From: an uncultured Arenicella sp. | Lineage (GTDB): Bacteria > Pseudomonadota > Gammaproteobacteria > Arenicellales > Arenicellaceae | Assembly: GCA_937989675.1 (NCBI GenBank) | Contig: CALKRK010000167.1 | Coordinates: 1-60,420, forward strand | Direction: 5' to 3' | Length of the DNA: 60,420 bases | Shown here: positions 29,857 through 39,931 of the stretch, in pieces | Layout: each line of letters opens with the position of its first letter | Numbering within the stretch: position 1 is the stretch's first letter | Notes under the pieces: generated by a model | The model's input: the letters and a program-made list of their open reading frames with translations, nothing else | The model's database searches: none | What the model was told of the DNA's origin: nothing | Program-made: the position numbers and the translations under genes

Positions 29857-30256
29857 TCAGAAACTTCCAATCTAATATTTTTGGCGACAAAATCAGACTA
29901 TCGAGAGATTGTTGATATGGACTAATAAGATCATAACGATTGAAGTTTGGCTAATGCTCTTTTGGCATAGCTATGAGATGCAAACTAATAACTATTTGCC
30001 GCGGTGTGTGCCGTACTTGCTACTGCTATGAACGAAGTACCCACGTATTCTTATGATACTTTCGGTGTTAGCCAGCTTAACGAAATGGATAGATTCATAA
30101 ACGCAAAAAAGCGGTTTAGTAAGATGTAACAAAAGACAGATATGCGTGGTAGGTATTGATCGCGGCAAAACACTCATTGGATTGCCAAGTTGAATCCGCC
30201 TAGAGTAATGCTCAACAATGAACAAATCTGTAAGAGCCAATTTGGCGTGGAGCAGC

Positions 30257-31213
30257 ATGTCTTTCAATACCAAACTATTAAACCCGATCACTCAAGATGA
30301 TATCGACACTTACAAGCGCGATGGTGTGGTGTGTTTACGCGGAGTGCTAAACTCGGAATGGGTTGATTCCATTGAACCGATTGCACGAAGGCTAATTATT
30401 GAACAAGAAGACTTTGGCTTGTTACCCGACATCCCTGGGCGCTACATGGCACGTACGATCCCAGAGTTCAGAAAATTGGTTTTCGAATCTCCTATTGCAC
30501 AAGCTTGCGGAGAAGTACTTGAGTCGCAAGAAATGCGCTTTTTCTTTGACGAAATTTTCGCCAAGCCACCTCAATCAGATGCAAAAACAATCTGGCATTG
30601 CGACCGCATGGGCTGGCCGGTTAGCGGCCACATGGTTCCCTCTTTATGGATACCATTCACACCAGTCAGCAAAGAAAACTGTTTGGAAGTTATCGCTGGG
30701 TCGCACACTCAGGACGTACCATATTGGCTGTTTTCACCAAACGCGCGCAAGATGATTAAACCGGACGACCGCGCACCTCACCCGGATTGCGAATCACTAC
30801 GCGGTGATGGAAAAACCAAATTCTTAAGTTGGGATATGGAGGCTGGAGATATGCTTATCTTGCACCCGTGGGTTTTGCATTACTCCAGCGGCAACAGTCA
30901 TAACGATTGGCGAATTGCCGCATCACTCAGAATGTTTGGCGATGATATTCGCTGGGCGCCAAGACCTGACTGTTTAAACATCGCTGGCGTAAGCTTCGAC
31001 GAAATGATTGAGGGGCAAAAACCTCAAGGTAGCCACTTTCCGTTATTGTGGTCAACAGTTGGCCGCACTGAAACGGACGAGCATTATCCACGTGGCTTCG
31101 CAACAACGTGGAACAGTGACACCATGGGCACAGTAAACGAGTACGACACCTTTCAAAAGCTCAAAGAGAAAGAAGATAAAGGCGAACTTGGCCAACAAAC
31201 TAAAGTAGCCTAA
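30257..31213 (+). CDS. PhyH-family Fe(II)/2-oxoglutarate dioxygenase
   Basis: YKRDGVVCLRG, WHCD (HxD), SLWIP, GSH, GDMLILH...LH; GGAG RBS before ATG 30257. Confidence 0.85.
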   Translation: MSFNTKLLNPITQDDIDTYKRDGVVCLRGVLNSEWVDSIEPIARRLIIEQEDFGLLPDIPGRYMARTIPEFRKLVFESPIAQACGEVLESQEMRFFFDEIFAKPPQSDAKTIWHCDRMGWPVSGHMVPSLWIPFTPVSKENCLEVIAGSHTQDVPYWLFSPNARKMIKPDDRAPHPDCESLRGDGKTKFLSWDMEAGDMLILHPWVLHYSSGNSHNDWRIAASLRMFGDDIRWAPRPDCLNIAGVSFDEMIEGQKPQGSHFPLLWSTVGRTETDEHYPRGFATTWNSDTMGTVNEYDTFQKLKEKEDKGELGQQTKVA

Positions 31214-31335
31214 GTAGATCGCTTCGTTAATAACCCACCAAACTTGTCGTGTGTTAGCAAGTTCCAATTACGCGTGGTATAAAGATACGACGAGGTGACT
31301 ATTTGTCTTATTCTAACTAACACCGTGGTCCACTT

Positions 31336-32247
31336 ATGGAAATACGACAGCTCCGACACTTAGTGGCGGCCATCGATCTTGGCACACTGAGTGACGCCGC
31401 CGATGCAGTTTTTATCACTCAGCCTGCTCTCACACGTAGCCTTCAAAACCTGGAGCATGAACTGGGCACAAAGCTATTACAAAGGATGCCCAGAGGGGTT
31501 GTTGCAACAGAGGCCGGCGAGCTTTTGTACCGTCATGCACACCTCATCATTAATGAAGTTAAGAAAATAAAATCAGATGTTCCGATGGTTGCCAAAGGGG
31601 TTACTGGCAATCTGAAGATCGGCGTTGCCGCTTTATTCGACCACCATATCGTCGATCAAGTGGTATGGGATATCGCCACCGAGCATTCTGAGCTCAATAT
31701 CGGTATTACGGTTGGATTCTTTGAAGACTTAGTCAGACTACTCGAGGAAGGGAGTTTGGATATTATCTTTTCCAATCTGCCGTCCATCTCCGTGCCCGAA
31801 GAATTAATTGTCGAGCCGTTAAGTGATCTAACGGTGGTATTTGCAGCCAACAAAGATCACCCCCTAGCGCAAGAACACCCTTGTAAATTGGAGCATCTGG
31901 AACAAGCTCGTTGGGTAATCGTTGACCAGCCACATGCAGCCGAAATGTTTTCACAGTTCTTTGCGGCACAAGGCATGAGCACTCCGTCCAGCATTGTTCG
32001 TACCGATTCGCTTGGACTAATTATGTCACTCCTTAAAAAGGGTGGTTTTGTTTCCGTGCTGCCACGCCACCTTGTCAACGAAGCGATAGAAACTCATCAG
32101 TTAGTCGAACTGGAAGTTAAAGGCCCACCGATCAAGCGTAAATTCGGCCTGATCTATCGTGAGGACATCGCCGGGCGGCCTGCTCTTGACCCATTTGTGC
32201 AAGGTGTTCGTGAAGCTTGTTCAAAAATTGATTCTAGTTATGTTTAA
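31336..32247 (+). CDS. LysR-family transcriptional regulator
   Basis: MEIRQLRH...AA...ITQPALTRSLQNLEHELG..LL.R..RGV..TEAG. Confidence 0.95.
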   Translation: MEIRQLRHLVAAIDLGTLSDAADAVFITQPALTRSLQNLEHELGTKLLQRMPRGVVATEAGELLYRHAHLIINEVKKIKSDVPMVAKGVTGNLKIGVAALFDHHIVDQVVWDIATEHSELNIGITVGFFEDLVRLLEEGSLDIIFSNLPSISVPEELIVEPLSDLTVVFAANKDHPLAQEHPCKLEHLEQARWVIVDQPHAAEMFSQFFAAQGMSTPSSIVRTDSLGLIMSLLKKGGFVSVLPRHLVNEAIETHQLVELEVKGPPIKRKFGLIYREDIAGRPALDPFVQGVREACSKIDSSYV

Positions 32248-32299
32248 AGATCATACACAACCTTAGCTCACTAGGTCGATAAACCAAACCATTCAGAAT

Positions 32300-33622
32300 A
32301 TGCAATATTCTTCCATCGCAAAAAAGGAATGGTACCCATGGTTTGTGGTCGCCGTTCTAAGCTTTGCGGCAATTGTTAGTTATGTTGATCGACAAGTAAT
32401 AAATCTGTTGGTTGAGCCAATCAAGGCTGACCTGAATATTTCTGATACGCAGATCAGTTTAGTGCAAGGTTTTTCGTTCGCTATTTTTTATGCTCTTCTC
32501 TCCATCCCGATTGCACGGTGGGCCGATTCTGGTAATCGAACCCATGTAATCACGATCGGCATTATATGTTGGTCGCTAGCGACCTTCTCTTGCGGGTTAG
32601 CCGTAGGTTTTTGGACCTTGTTTGCTGCACGTGTGTTTGTTGGTGCTGGCGAAGCCACGCTGGGGCCAAGCGGTTACTCTCTACTTGGCGATTATTTTTC
32701 AAAGGAAAAATTACCTTTAGCAATCAGTATCTTTACCGGCTCAGGTTTTCTCGGTTCGGGCGTCGCTCTGATTATCGGTGCGTACGTTATCGACGCCGTT
32801 TTCGCCCTAGGCGATGTCAACTTACCCATTATCGGCGATGTGCAACCTTGGCAACTAATTTTTATGTTGGTATCACTGCCCAGCATCTTACTGGTTGCCC
32901 TAATGCTCTGTGTAATAGAACCACCCAGGCGAGGAGAGTCAGCCAAAGTCAATAAATTGCCATTAAAAGCGGTCCTCTCGCACATTCTTGAGAACACAAG
33001 AATATATGTCGCGATATTCATTGGCTTTAGTTTGATGGCGTCAGCGCAATTCAGTATTGGCGCCTGGGTTCCCAGCTTTTTCATACGCACTTATTCATGG
33101 AGCGCTTCTGAAATAGGAATTCACTTTGGTGTTATGGCGGTTGTCTTCGCAACCTCTGGCGTAATATGCGGAGGTTGGTTAGCGACGCGTTTACTTAATG
33201 CTGGCATGACCAGTGCAAACTTTTTGGTGCCTATTCTCGGAACGTTAGCTTGCATTCCATTTGCACTTGCCTTTCCTCTGATGTCGAGCGCGACCGGCGC
33301 GTTAACCATCTTGGCACCGGCCTTGTTTTTTGGCGCAATGCCATTTGGCACAGGCACCTCAGTACTTCCTCAAATTGCACCGAATAGAATGCGCGCCCAA
33401 GTTGTTGCTATCTATCTCCTTATTGCTAATTTACTTGGCTTCACCGTCGGTCCTACCGCTGTTGCACTAGTCACCGACCAAGTATTTTCAGATCCGATTA
33501 TGCTGCGATATTCCTTATCAATCGTCGCTCCTCTGCTCATGTTATTGGGCGCGTTAATTGTCTTTAGCGGCTTAAAAAGCTATCGAACACTAGTAGAGCG
33601 AAATACACGCTTAAGTATGTAA
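32300..33622 (+). CDS. MFS transporter (spinster-like)
   Basis: YVDRQ, EPIKADL, ARVFVGAGEA, about 12 TM helices. Confidence 0.9.
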   Translation: MQYSSIAKKEWYPWFVVAVLSFAAIVSYVDRQVINLLVEPIKADLNISDTQISLVQGFSFAIFYALLSIPIARWADSGNRTHVITIGIICWSLATFSCGLAVGFWTLFAARVFVGAGEATLGPSGYSLLGDYFSKEKLPLAISIFTGSGFLGSGVALIIGAYVIDAVFALGDVNLPIIGDVQPWQLIFMLVSLPSILLVALMLCVIEPPRRGESAKVNKLPLKAVLSHILENTRIYVAIFIGFSLMASAQFSIGAWVPSFFIRTYSWSASEIGIHFGVMAVVFATSGVICGGWLATRLLNAGMTSANFLVPILGTLACIPFALAFPLMSSATGALTILAPALFFGAMPFGTGTSVLPQIAPNRMRAQVVAIYLLIANLLGFTVGPTAVALVTDQVFSDPIMLRYSLSIVAPLLMLLGALIVFSGLKSYRTLVERNTRLSM

Positions 33623-33807
33623 AACTAGCTACTCTGCTTAAGTCGGCCACAAGACTGAGCACTCTGAATCACTTCGTTATGCGTCAAATCTATTGTTTCC
33701 GAATTCGTATGCATTGGCGTAGTAGATCTGTTGTGAGCTATAACTTGTGACATGGGGCAATAACCGATAAAACAAGTTAGATGAAAGACACAAATAGGAG
33801 AGATCGC

Positions 33808-36222
33808 GTGAACAAATCGAGTCATCAGTCGTTTCGAATGAGTACTTTATCAAAATCAATCGCCATTGCTGTATCGATGTGGGGGCCAAGCAATCTTCTG
33901 GCTCAGGAACAAGGTGCAGAAGAGCAAGCGATTACAATTTTAGAAGAGATTGTGGTAACCGCACGAAGTAGAGAGGAGAGTTTGCAAGATGTTCCTCTAG
34001 CGATTACAGCCTTTGACGCCAGCAGTTTAAAAAAGAAAAGTATTTCTGAACTCGAAGACGTAGCCCGCTTCACACCGGGTTTTAGTTTTGAGGATTTTTC
34101 AGGTGGTTTAGGTGCTCCCGTAGTTCGTGGCCAAGCGCAAGTCAGCATCACAGCGCTTGAACAAAACGTGTCTGCTTTCTTTGATGGTCTCTATATTCCG
34201 CGTGCATGGGCAATCGACGTTGGCACATCTAACATCAGCCGAATTGAGGTCGTAAAAGGCCCGCAAAGCGCTCGCTATGGGCGCAACGCCTTCTCTGGGG
34301 CGATAAACTATATTCCTAATAAAGCCATTGCTGGTATAGAAGAGTTTGCTGGCGACGTTTCGGTGACGCTGGGCTCTGATGAGCGTGAAGATGTTGGCGC
34401 ATCGATTCAATTACCATTGTCCGATAAGTTCACCATTGCCGCATCTTACAACACATCGGAATTCGATGGTTCATGGGGCAACAATCACCCTTTTGCTGAT
34501 TTGAATGTTGGCACCAAGGGCACACAAGGCAATGTTGGCGGCTGGGACAAAACGGCTTCGTCGATTTCTTTAGCCGCAGCACTAACAGACGATCTATCAT
34601 TTGATCTGGCATTCTACAACTACGAAACCGAAAACGAAGCACGCGCAGGGCGCACATTTGAACAGTTTGCAACACCCGAAGTATTTAATTGTGGCGGACA
34701 GGTATTTGGATCTTCTCTACTAATCTGCGGAGAGTTACCGGCCGCGCTGGAACGAACCACCGTAGACCCTCGTACCTTCGGTGTTCATTCAGATACGGAT
34801 ATCGTGCGTTTTAGCACTTCCTATAATATTTCTGATGCTTGGAGTGTGAGTTATTTGTATGGCAACATCGATGGCGGTGTTGATATCGGCACAAGTACCG
34901 AGCCAGATCCAATTAATTGCGGCAGCCTACTTGGCCCACCGGTATTTGCCGTGTTGTGTAATTTTCAAGCGACTCCAATTGGAGGCATTGATTATGATTC
35001 GCATGAAATCAGATTTAATTATGAAGGAGACTCTATTCGCTATGCCTTTGGTGGATTCTCTTCAGAGGGTGAAGATGATTTTAACTTCTTCAGCTACAAC
35101 ATCGCACCGGTAACATCAGCTACCAACTTCGTTCCACTTGCTGGCCAAGCGAATAATGTAGCCAACTCGAATTTTAACCCGGGCCCTTTTATTACGCAGT
35201 TGCGCGATCAAGTTACTACCACTGATGTCACCTCAATTTTTGGTGAAATTCACTGGACTTCAAGTGATGGAAGGACCCGTGCCGGCGTAGAAGTTCGATA
35301 TTCTGATACTGAAATTGATCTAGTGAACATTGCTAGGGGAACAACCACAACCTTTAATGATGATTATAGTTTCATTACTCCACGCCTGACATTTGAACGA
35401 GATCTGAATGACAACCGTCTTTTGTTTGCATCACTTTCACGCGGCGCTAAAACTGGTGGCTTTAACGGCGGTGCTATTGCGGCCGAAAACCAAACATTTG
35501 ATGAAGAGTTCAATACAACACTAGAACTCGGCATGAAAAATTCCTTACTTGATGGCCGCATGACTCTAAATGCGAGCTTGTACTACACTGATTGGCAAGA
35601 CATTCAAGTTAACTCATCGGACCCAGACGCAGCCGATGTAAATTCAACCAGCATCATATTGAACCGGGGTAATGCAGACGTATACGGCGCCGAGCTTGAC
35701 ATGGTGTTCCTAGCAACACAAAACATAACATTCGATGCCACTTTCTCTCATGCAGATGCAACCTATAAAAGCGGCACCGTCGATCAACGGTTTGTTCGAC
35801 CTTTCTTACCGTTCCTTCCATTTCCAACGGACTCAGCCTGCGATGACGTAGTCTGTAACTCAAATGGCGATGTAAGTGGTAATGAGGTAGAACGTGCGCC
35901 GCAGACTCAGGTGTCGTTTGGCGCTGAGTATGCCGGCGAAATGGCGAATGCTTCTTTCTTTGTGCGCAGCGACGTGAGCTGGCAAAGCTCTTTTTATGCG
36001 AGCCCCGTCAATGTGGCCGAGTTACCAAGCCGAACATTGGTTAATCTAAGTGCAGGTATAGATTGGGAAAATGGTTTTGGGATAAATGCTTGGGTAAGAA
36101 ACCTAGCCGACGAAGAGTATGTGTCAAATTCATTCGTCGTGATCACTCCGTTTAACAACCTATACAATGAGTTTTACGGAGAGCGTCGTACCATCGGCAT
36201 AACCGCTAGTTACAAATTCTAA
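33808..36222 (+). CDS. TonB-dependent receptor
   Basis: AGGAG RBS then GTG at 33808; signal peptide; LEEIVVTARSREESLQDVP, RIEVVKGPQSARYGRNAFSGAIN, C-terminal YKF. Confidence 0.93.
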   Translation: MNKSSHQSFRMSTLSKSIAIAVSMWGPSNLLAQEQGAEEQAITILEEIVVTARSREESLQDVPLAITAFDASSLKKKSISELEDVARFTPGFSFEDFSGGLGAPVVRGQAQVSITALEQNVSAFFDGLYIPRAWAIDVGTSNISRIEVVKGPQSARYGRNAFSGAINYIPNKAIAGIEEFAGDVSVTLGSDEREDVGASIQLPLSDKFTIAASYNTSEFDGSWGNNHPFADLNVGTKGTQGNVGGWDKTASSISLAAALTDDLSFDLAFYNYETENEARAGRTFEQFATPEVFNCGGQVFGSSLLICGELPAALERTTVDPRTFGVHSDTDIVRFSTSYNISDAWSVSYLYGNIDGGVDIGTSTEPDPINCGSLLGPPVFAVLCNFQATPIGGIDYDSHEIRFNYEGDSIRYAFGGFSSEGEDDFNFFSYNIAPVTSATNFVPLAGQANNVANSNFNPGPFITQLRDQVTTTDVTSIFGEIHWTSSDGRTRAGVEVRYSDTEIDLVNIARGTTTTFNDDYSFITPRLTFERDLNDNRLLFASLSRGAKTGGFNGGAIAAENQTFDEEFNTTLELGMKNSLLDGRMTLNASLYYTDWQDIQVNSSDPDAADVNSTSIILNRGNADVYGAELDMVFLATQNITFDATFSHADATYKSGTVDQRFVRPFLPFLPFPTDSACDDVVCNSNGDVSGNEVERAPQTQVSFGAEYAGEMANASFFVRSDVSWQSSFYASPVNVAELPSRTLVNLSAGIDWENGFGINAWVRNLADEEYVSNSFVVITPFNNLYNEFYGERRTIGITASYKF

Positions 36223-36237
36223 TTCGGCAATTCCTTT

Positions 36238-36280
36238 CAAAAGCTCTGACTGTTAATTCGGTCAGAGCTTTTGTTGTTTT
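36238..36280 (+). terminator. Rho-independent terminator / stabilising hairpin after the TonB receptor gene
   Basis: CAAAAGCTCTGAC-N10-GTCAGAGCTTTTG followed by TTGTTTT. Confidence 0.75.
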
Positions 36281-36307
36281 GTTAACCATTTTCGAAGGGG
36301 CTTTTAG

Positions 36308-37408
36308 ATGAATAAATCTATGCGTGCGGCAATCGTGCGTAACAAAGGTGGGCCGTTTGAAATTGAGACAGTTGAACTTGCCGCTCCTCGTGACGACGAA
36401 ATTTTGGTTCAGATTAAAGCCGTGGGCATTTGTCACTCTGATATTTCATGTCGCGACCAAGTATTTCCTGCAAAGCTGCCTCAGATCTTTGGGCACGAAG
36501 GAGCAGGTGTGATCATTGCTGTAGGTAATAAAGTAGACTCATTAAATGTAGGTGACCATGTTCTTCTCACATTTAATAGCTGTGGCAGCTGCGCAAACTG
36601 CGAAGCAGGTGCGGTGTCACATTGTTATGATTTTGACAACATAAACGCTTCCGGCGGGCGCGCCGATGGCAGCTGCGCAGTATCGCAAAATGGAGCGCCA
36701 ATTCATGCTCACTTCTTTGGGCAAAGCAGTTTTTCCGAGTATGTCATTGCACGCCCTCAAAACGCTATTCGTATAGCAAAGGATATAGATCTTAGTATTG
36801 CCGCACCGTTTGCATGCGCAGTGCTTACCGGAGCTGGCTGTGTAATCAACACACTTAAACCCACACAAGATTCGTCAGTACTTATTCTAGGTTGTGGCGG
36901 GGTCGGCCTAAGTGCCACGATGGCAGCCAAACATTTGGGATGTAAGCAAATTATCGTCGCCGACTTGCACCGTAACCGACTGGATCTGGCTCAGAAACTT
37001 GGGGCGACGCACGTCATTGATGCAAGTAATGAAAACATACTCAACGAAGTGAAAAAAATATGCACTCGAGGTGTCGACTTTAGCCTTGAATGCTCCGCAG
37101 CAACAGGCGTACAAGAAGTAGTTGTTGCCGCGCTTCACTCACGCGGTATTTGTGCTTTGATAGGCGTGTCTGGAATGGGTGCCCGCTTTGATATCCCATG
37201 TTATCTACTAAATGTAGGTCGCACAGTCCTGGGTTCAGTGGCAGGCGACTGTAACCCACATACATTTTTGCCCAAACTACTTTCGTTGTATCAACAAGGG
37301 CAATTCCCTGTCGACAGATGGATCAAGCATTATCCATTTGCAAATATAAATCAGGCCGCAGACGATTTGCTCAGCGGCGCAACGATTAAACCCGTTCTGG
37401 TATTTTAG
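36308..37408 (+). CDS. Zn-dependent alcohol dehydrogenase (aryl-alcohol dehydrogenase-like)
   Basis: GICHSD, GHEGAG, CGSCANC...C structural Zn, FFGQSSF, GCGGVG. Confidence 0.9.
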   Translation: MNKSMRAAIVRNKGGPFEIETVELAAPRDDEILVQIKAVGICHSDISCRDQVFPAKLPQIFGHEGAGVIIAVGNKVDSLNVGDHVLLTFNSCGSCANCEAGAVSHCYDFDNINASGGRADGSCAVSQNGAPIHAHFFGQSSFSEYVIARPQNAIRIAKDIDLSIAAPFACAVLTGAGCVINTLKPTQDSSVLILGCGGVGLSATMAAKHLGCKQIIVADLHRNRLDLAQKLGATHVIDASNENILNEVKKICTRGVDFSLECSAATGVQEVVVAALHSRGICALIGVSGMGARFDIPCYLLNVGRTVLGSVAGDCNPHTFLPKLLSLYQQGQFPVDRWIKHYPFANINQAADDLLSGATIKPVLVF

Positions 37409-37551
37409 ATACCGAATTTTCAAACCATGACTTCTACTTATGGTTTGATCAGACTTAGGCAATGGCGAAAGCCTATCTGTGTCTGCTAAAGTCAATTAGA
37501 AGATAAGATTACCGCTTTTGCGGTGAGTCGAACAAACTAACCGATTTCTTT

Positions 37552-39039
37552 ATGGAGTATCGAAGGGCAATGAGCGAAGCAGCCAAAAAATTTATACAAC
37601 GCGAACATCAACTCTGGATTAATGGTGAATGGGTTGCTAGTGAATCTCAAGAGCGTATTGATGTGATCGACCCTTCGACCGAAGAAGTTGTATCATCGAT
37701 CAGCGACGCTAGTACGCAAGATCTAGAGCGCTGCGTAAACGCTGCACAATCGGCCTTTGAGTCAGAGCAATGGCGCGACATGAAACCGGCGATGCGCGCG
37801 AGTATTATTCATCGCTTCGCTACCTTACTTGAAGAAAACCTAGAGGAGCTAGCGTACTTAGAAACTGTCGACAATGGTAAACCATTAACTATGTCGACTG
37901 CCGTGGATATTCCCGCCTCCGCTGGCGCTTTACGCTACTACGCAGGTTGGGCCGACAAGATTAATGGCCGCACTGTAAACATTTCAATGCCGGGTGAATA
38001 CCATGCCTTTACGTTGCGCGAACCAGTAGGAGTAGTTGGCTTAATCGTTCCGTGGAATTTCCCATTAGTTATGGCTGCAATGAAGCTTGGCCCAGCGCTA
38101 GCTGCGGGCTGCACTTGTATTTTAAAACCCGCAGAAGACACTTCACTGACCGCCTTACGCATTGGCCAACTTGGCACTGAAGCGGGGTTGCCAAATGGCG
38201 TATTGAATGTGATTACTGGTTATGGTCATCGCATAGGCGCCGCTATGTCCGCGCACAGTGGAATCGACAAAATCGCCTTTACCGGCTCAACTGTTACCGG
38301 CAAAGCAATTGCCGACGCGGCTTCAGGTAACCTTAAAAAGGTAACGCTTGAACTGGGCGGTAAAGCGCCAAATATTATTTTGCCCGATGCGGACTTAGCT
38401 AAAGCAATTCCGGGTTCGGCTATGGGTATCTTTTTCAATTCGGGCCAAGTTTGTACCGCAGCCTCACGTTTATATGTGCATGACTCGGTGTATGACGAAG
38501 TTGTCGAAGGCATTGCGGAATTCTCCAAGACGCTAAAAGTTGGCGGCGGCATGGACCCTGAAGCTTTGCTTGGCCCAGTTATATCGGGCAAACAGTTAGA
38601 CCGGGTAATGAACTATATCGATATCGGCAGAAAAGAGGGCGGCGAAGTTCTTGCTGGCGGGAATCGCATCGATAGCAAAGGCTTTTTCATCGAACCAACC
38701 GTGATTGGCAATACCGACAATTCTATGCAAGTTGTACGAGAGGAGATTTTTGGTCCTGTATTGGTCGCTCAGCGCTTTAGTGACATTGATGAAGTCGCCA
38801 AAATGGCGAACGATACCGACTACGGTTTATCTGCGGTTATTTGGACTCAAAAACTTGCCGACGGGCATAGACTCGCTAAGCGTATTCGCGCTGGTAATAT
38901 TGGCATTAACGTTGCCTCTTCTGCCGACTGGGATTTACCGATCGGTGGTTATAAACAGTCTGGGTGGGGGCGTGAGAATGGCGAAGAAGGCTTAATGAAT
39001 TACCTACAAACTAAAGCTGTAGTTGCATCGCTCGACTAG
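37552..39039 (+). CDS. Aldehyde dehydrogenase (phenylacetaldehyde dehydrogenase-like)
   Basis: PWNFP, FTGS, LELGGK, GQVCTA, EEIFGPV. Confidence 0.93.
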   Translation: MEYRRAMSEAAKKFIQREHQLWINGEWVASESQERIDVIDPSTEEVVSSISDASTQDLERCVNAAQSAFESEQWRDMKPAMRASIIHRFATLLEENLEELAYLETVDNGKPLTMSTAVDIPASAGALRYYAGWADKINGRTVNISMPGEYHAFTLREPVGVVGLIVPWNFPLVMAAMKLGPALAAGCTCILKPAEDTSLTALRIGQLGTEAGLPNGVLNVITGYGHRIGAAMSAHSGIDKIAFTGSTVTGKAIADAASGNLKKVTLELGGKAPNIILPDADLAKAIPGSAMGIFFNSGQVCTAASRLYVHDSVYDEVVEGIAEFSKTLKVGGGMDPEALLGPVISGKQLDRVMNYIDIGRKEGGEVLAGGNRIDSKGFFIEPTVIGNTDNSMQVVREEIFGPVLVAQRFSDIDEVAKMANDTDYGLSAVIWTQKLADGHRLAKRIRAGNIGINVASSADWDLPIGGYKQSGWGRENGEEGLMNYLQTKAVVASLD

Positions 39040-39089
39040 GCCATTCGTTACCCATAAACCATCAGAGCAATCAAATATAAGAGCCCAAC

Positions 39090-39878
39090 ATGCCACTAGT
39101 TTCCGTTGATGATGTCGAAATTTACACCGAGACGCACGGGCAAGGTCCCGACCTACTGTTAGTAGCTGGCCTAGGAGGGCGCCACGAGTTTTGGGCGAAA
39201 CAAGTAAGCCCACTGTCTGAGCACTTCAGAGTAACGGTACATGATCATCGCGGTGTGGGCCGGAGTACGCCAGATAAATGTGTGGTTGGAGCCGAACACA
39301 TGGCGGATGATCTTATTGCTTTAATGGACGCACTCGAAATTCCAAATGCACATTTATTAGGTCATTCTACTGGCGGGTCTATCGGCCAGCATATTGCTCT
39401 AAAAGCGCCCAAACGTATTAATAAGTTGGTATTGAGTAGCAGTTGGGCTGGTCCCGATGCTTACTTTACGCAGCTCTTTAACTCTCGGCGAGAAGTGTTA
39501 ATCAATTGCGGGCCCGCGGCGTACCTGACCATGGGCACCTACCTGGCAACACCGTCTTGGTATTTACAAGATCAAATAGAATCAACTCGCTCGTTTTTGA
39601 CGGATCGGCTAAAAGCATTTCCGGGCCTAGAAGTTGAGCTTAGTCGCCTAGCCGCAGTAGTTGCACATGATCTACGCACTCATGTGCATAAAATTACGCA
39701 TAAAACCTTAACCATAGGCGCCAAAGACGATCAAATTACACCATTCAAATTCACGCAAGAGCTTGCTGATAAGCTACCAAATGCACAACTTGAAATACTG
39801 CAACATGGTGGCCATTTCGCGCCAATGGCTTCCGCAGACGAATACAACGCTAAGGTATTAAATTTTTTATTAGGCTAA
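39090..39878 (+). CDS. Alpha/beta-hydrolase (RutD/PcaD-like)
   Basis: GLGG...W, HDHRGVGRS, GHSTGG nucleophile elbow, D..TP, GGH. Confidence 0.85.
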   Translation: MPLVSVDDVEIYTETHGQGPDLLLVAGLGGRHEFWAKQVSPLSEHFRVTVHDHRGVGRSTPDKCVVGAEHMADDLIALMDALEIPNAHLLGHSTGGSIGQHIALKAPKRINKLVLSSSWAGPDAYFTQLFNSRREVLINCGPAAYLTMGTYLATPSWYLQDQIESTRSFLTDRLKAFPGLEVELSRLAAVVAHDLRTHVHKITHKTLTIGAKDDQITPFKFTQELADKLPNAQLEILQHGGHFAPMASADEYNAKVLNFLLG

Positions 39879-39931
39879 ATACCTTATTTAGACGCCGAAC
39901 TAGTAAAACAAGCACCAGGGTAAAATAAGTT

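Noticed and set aside
29992-30291. 99 aa minus-strand ORF, and likewise the ORFs at 33625..33825, 33677..33889, 27550..27816 and 56205..56405
   Set aside because: No recognisable motifs, and they overlap better-supported genes; treated as shadow ORFs, like the many short antisense ORFs in the track.
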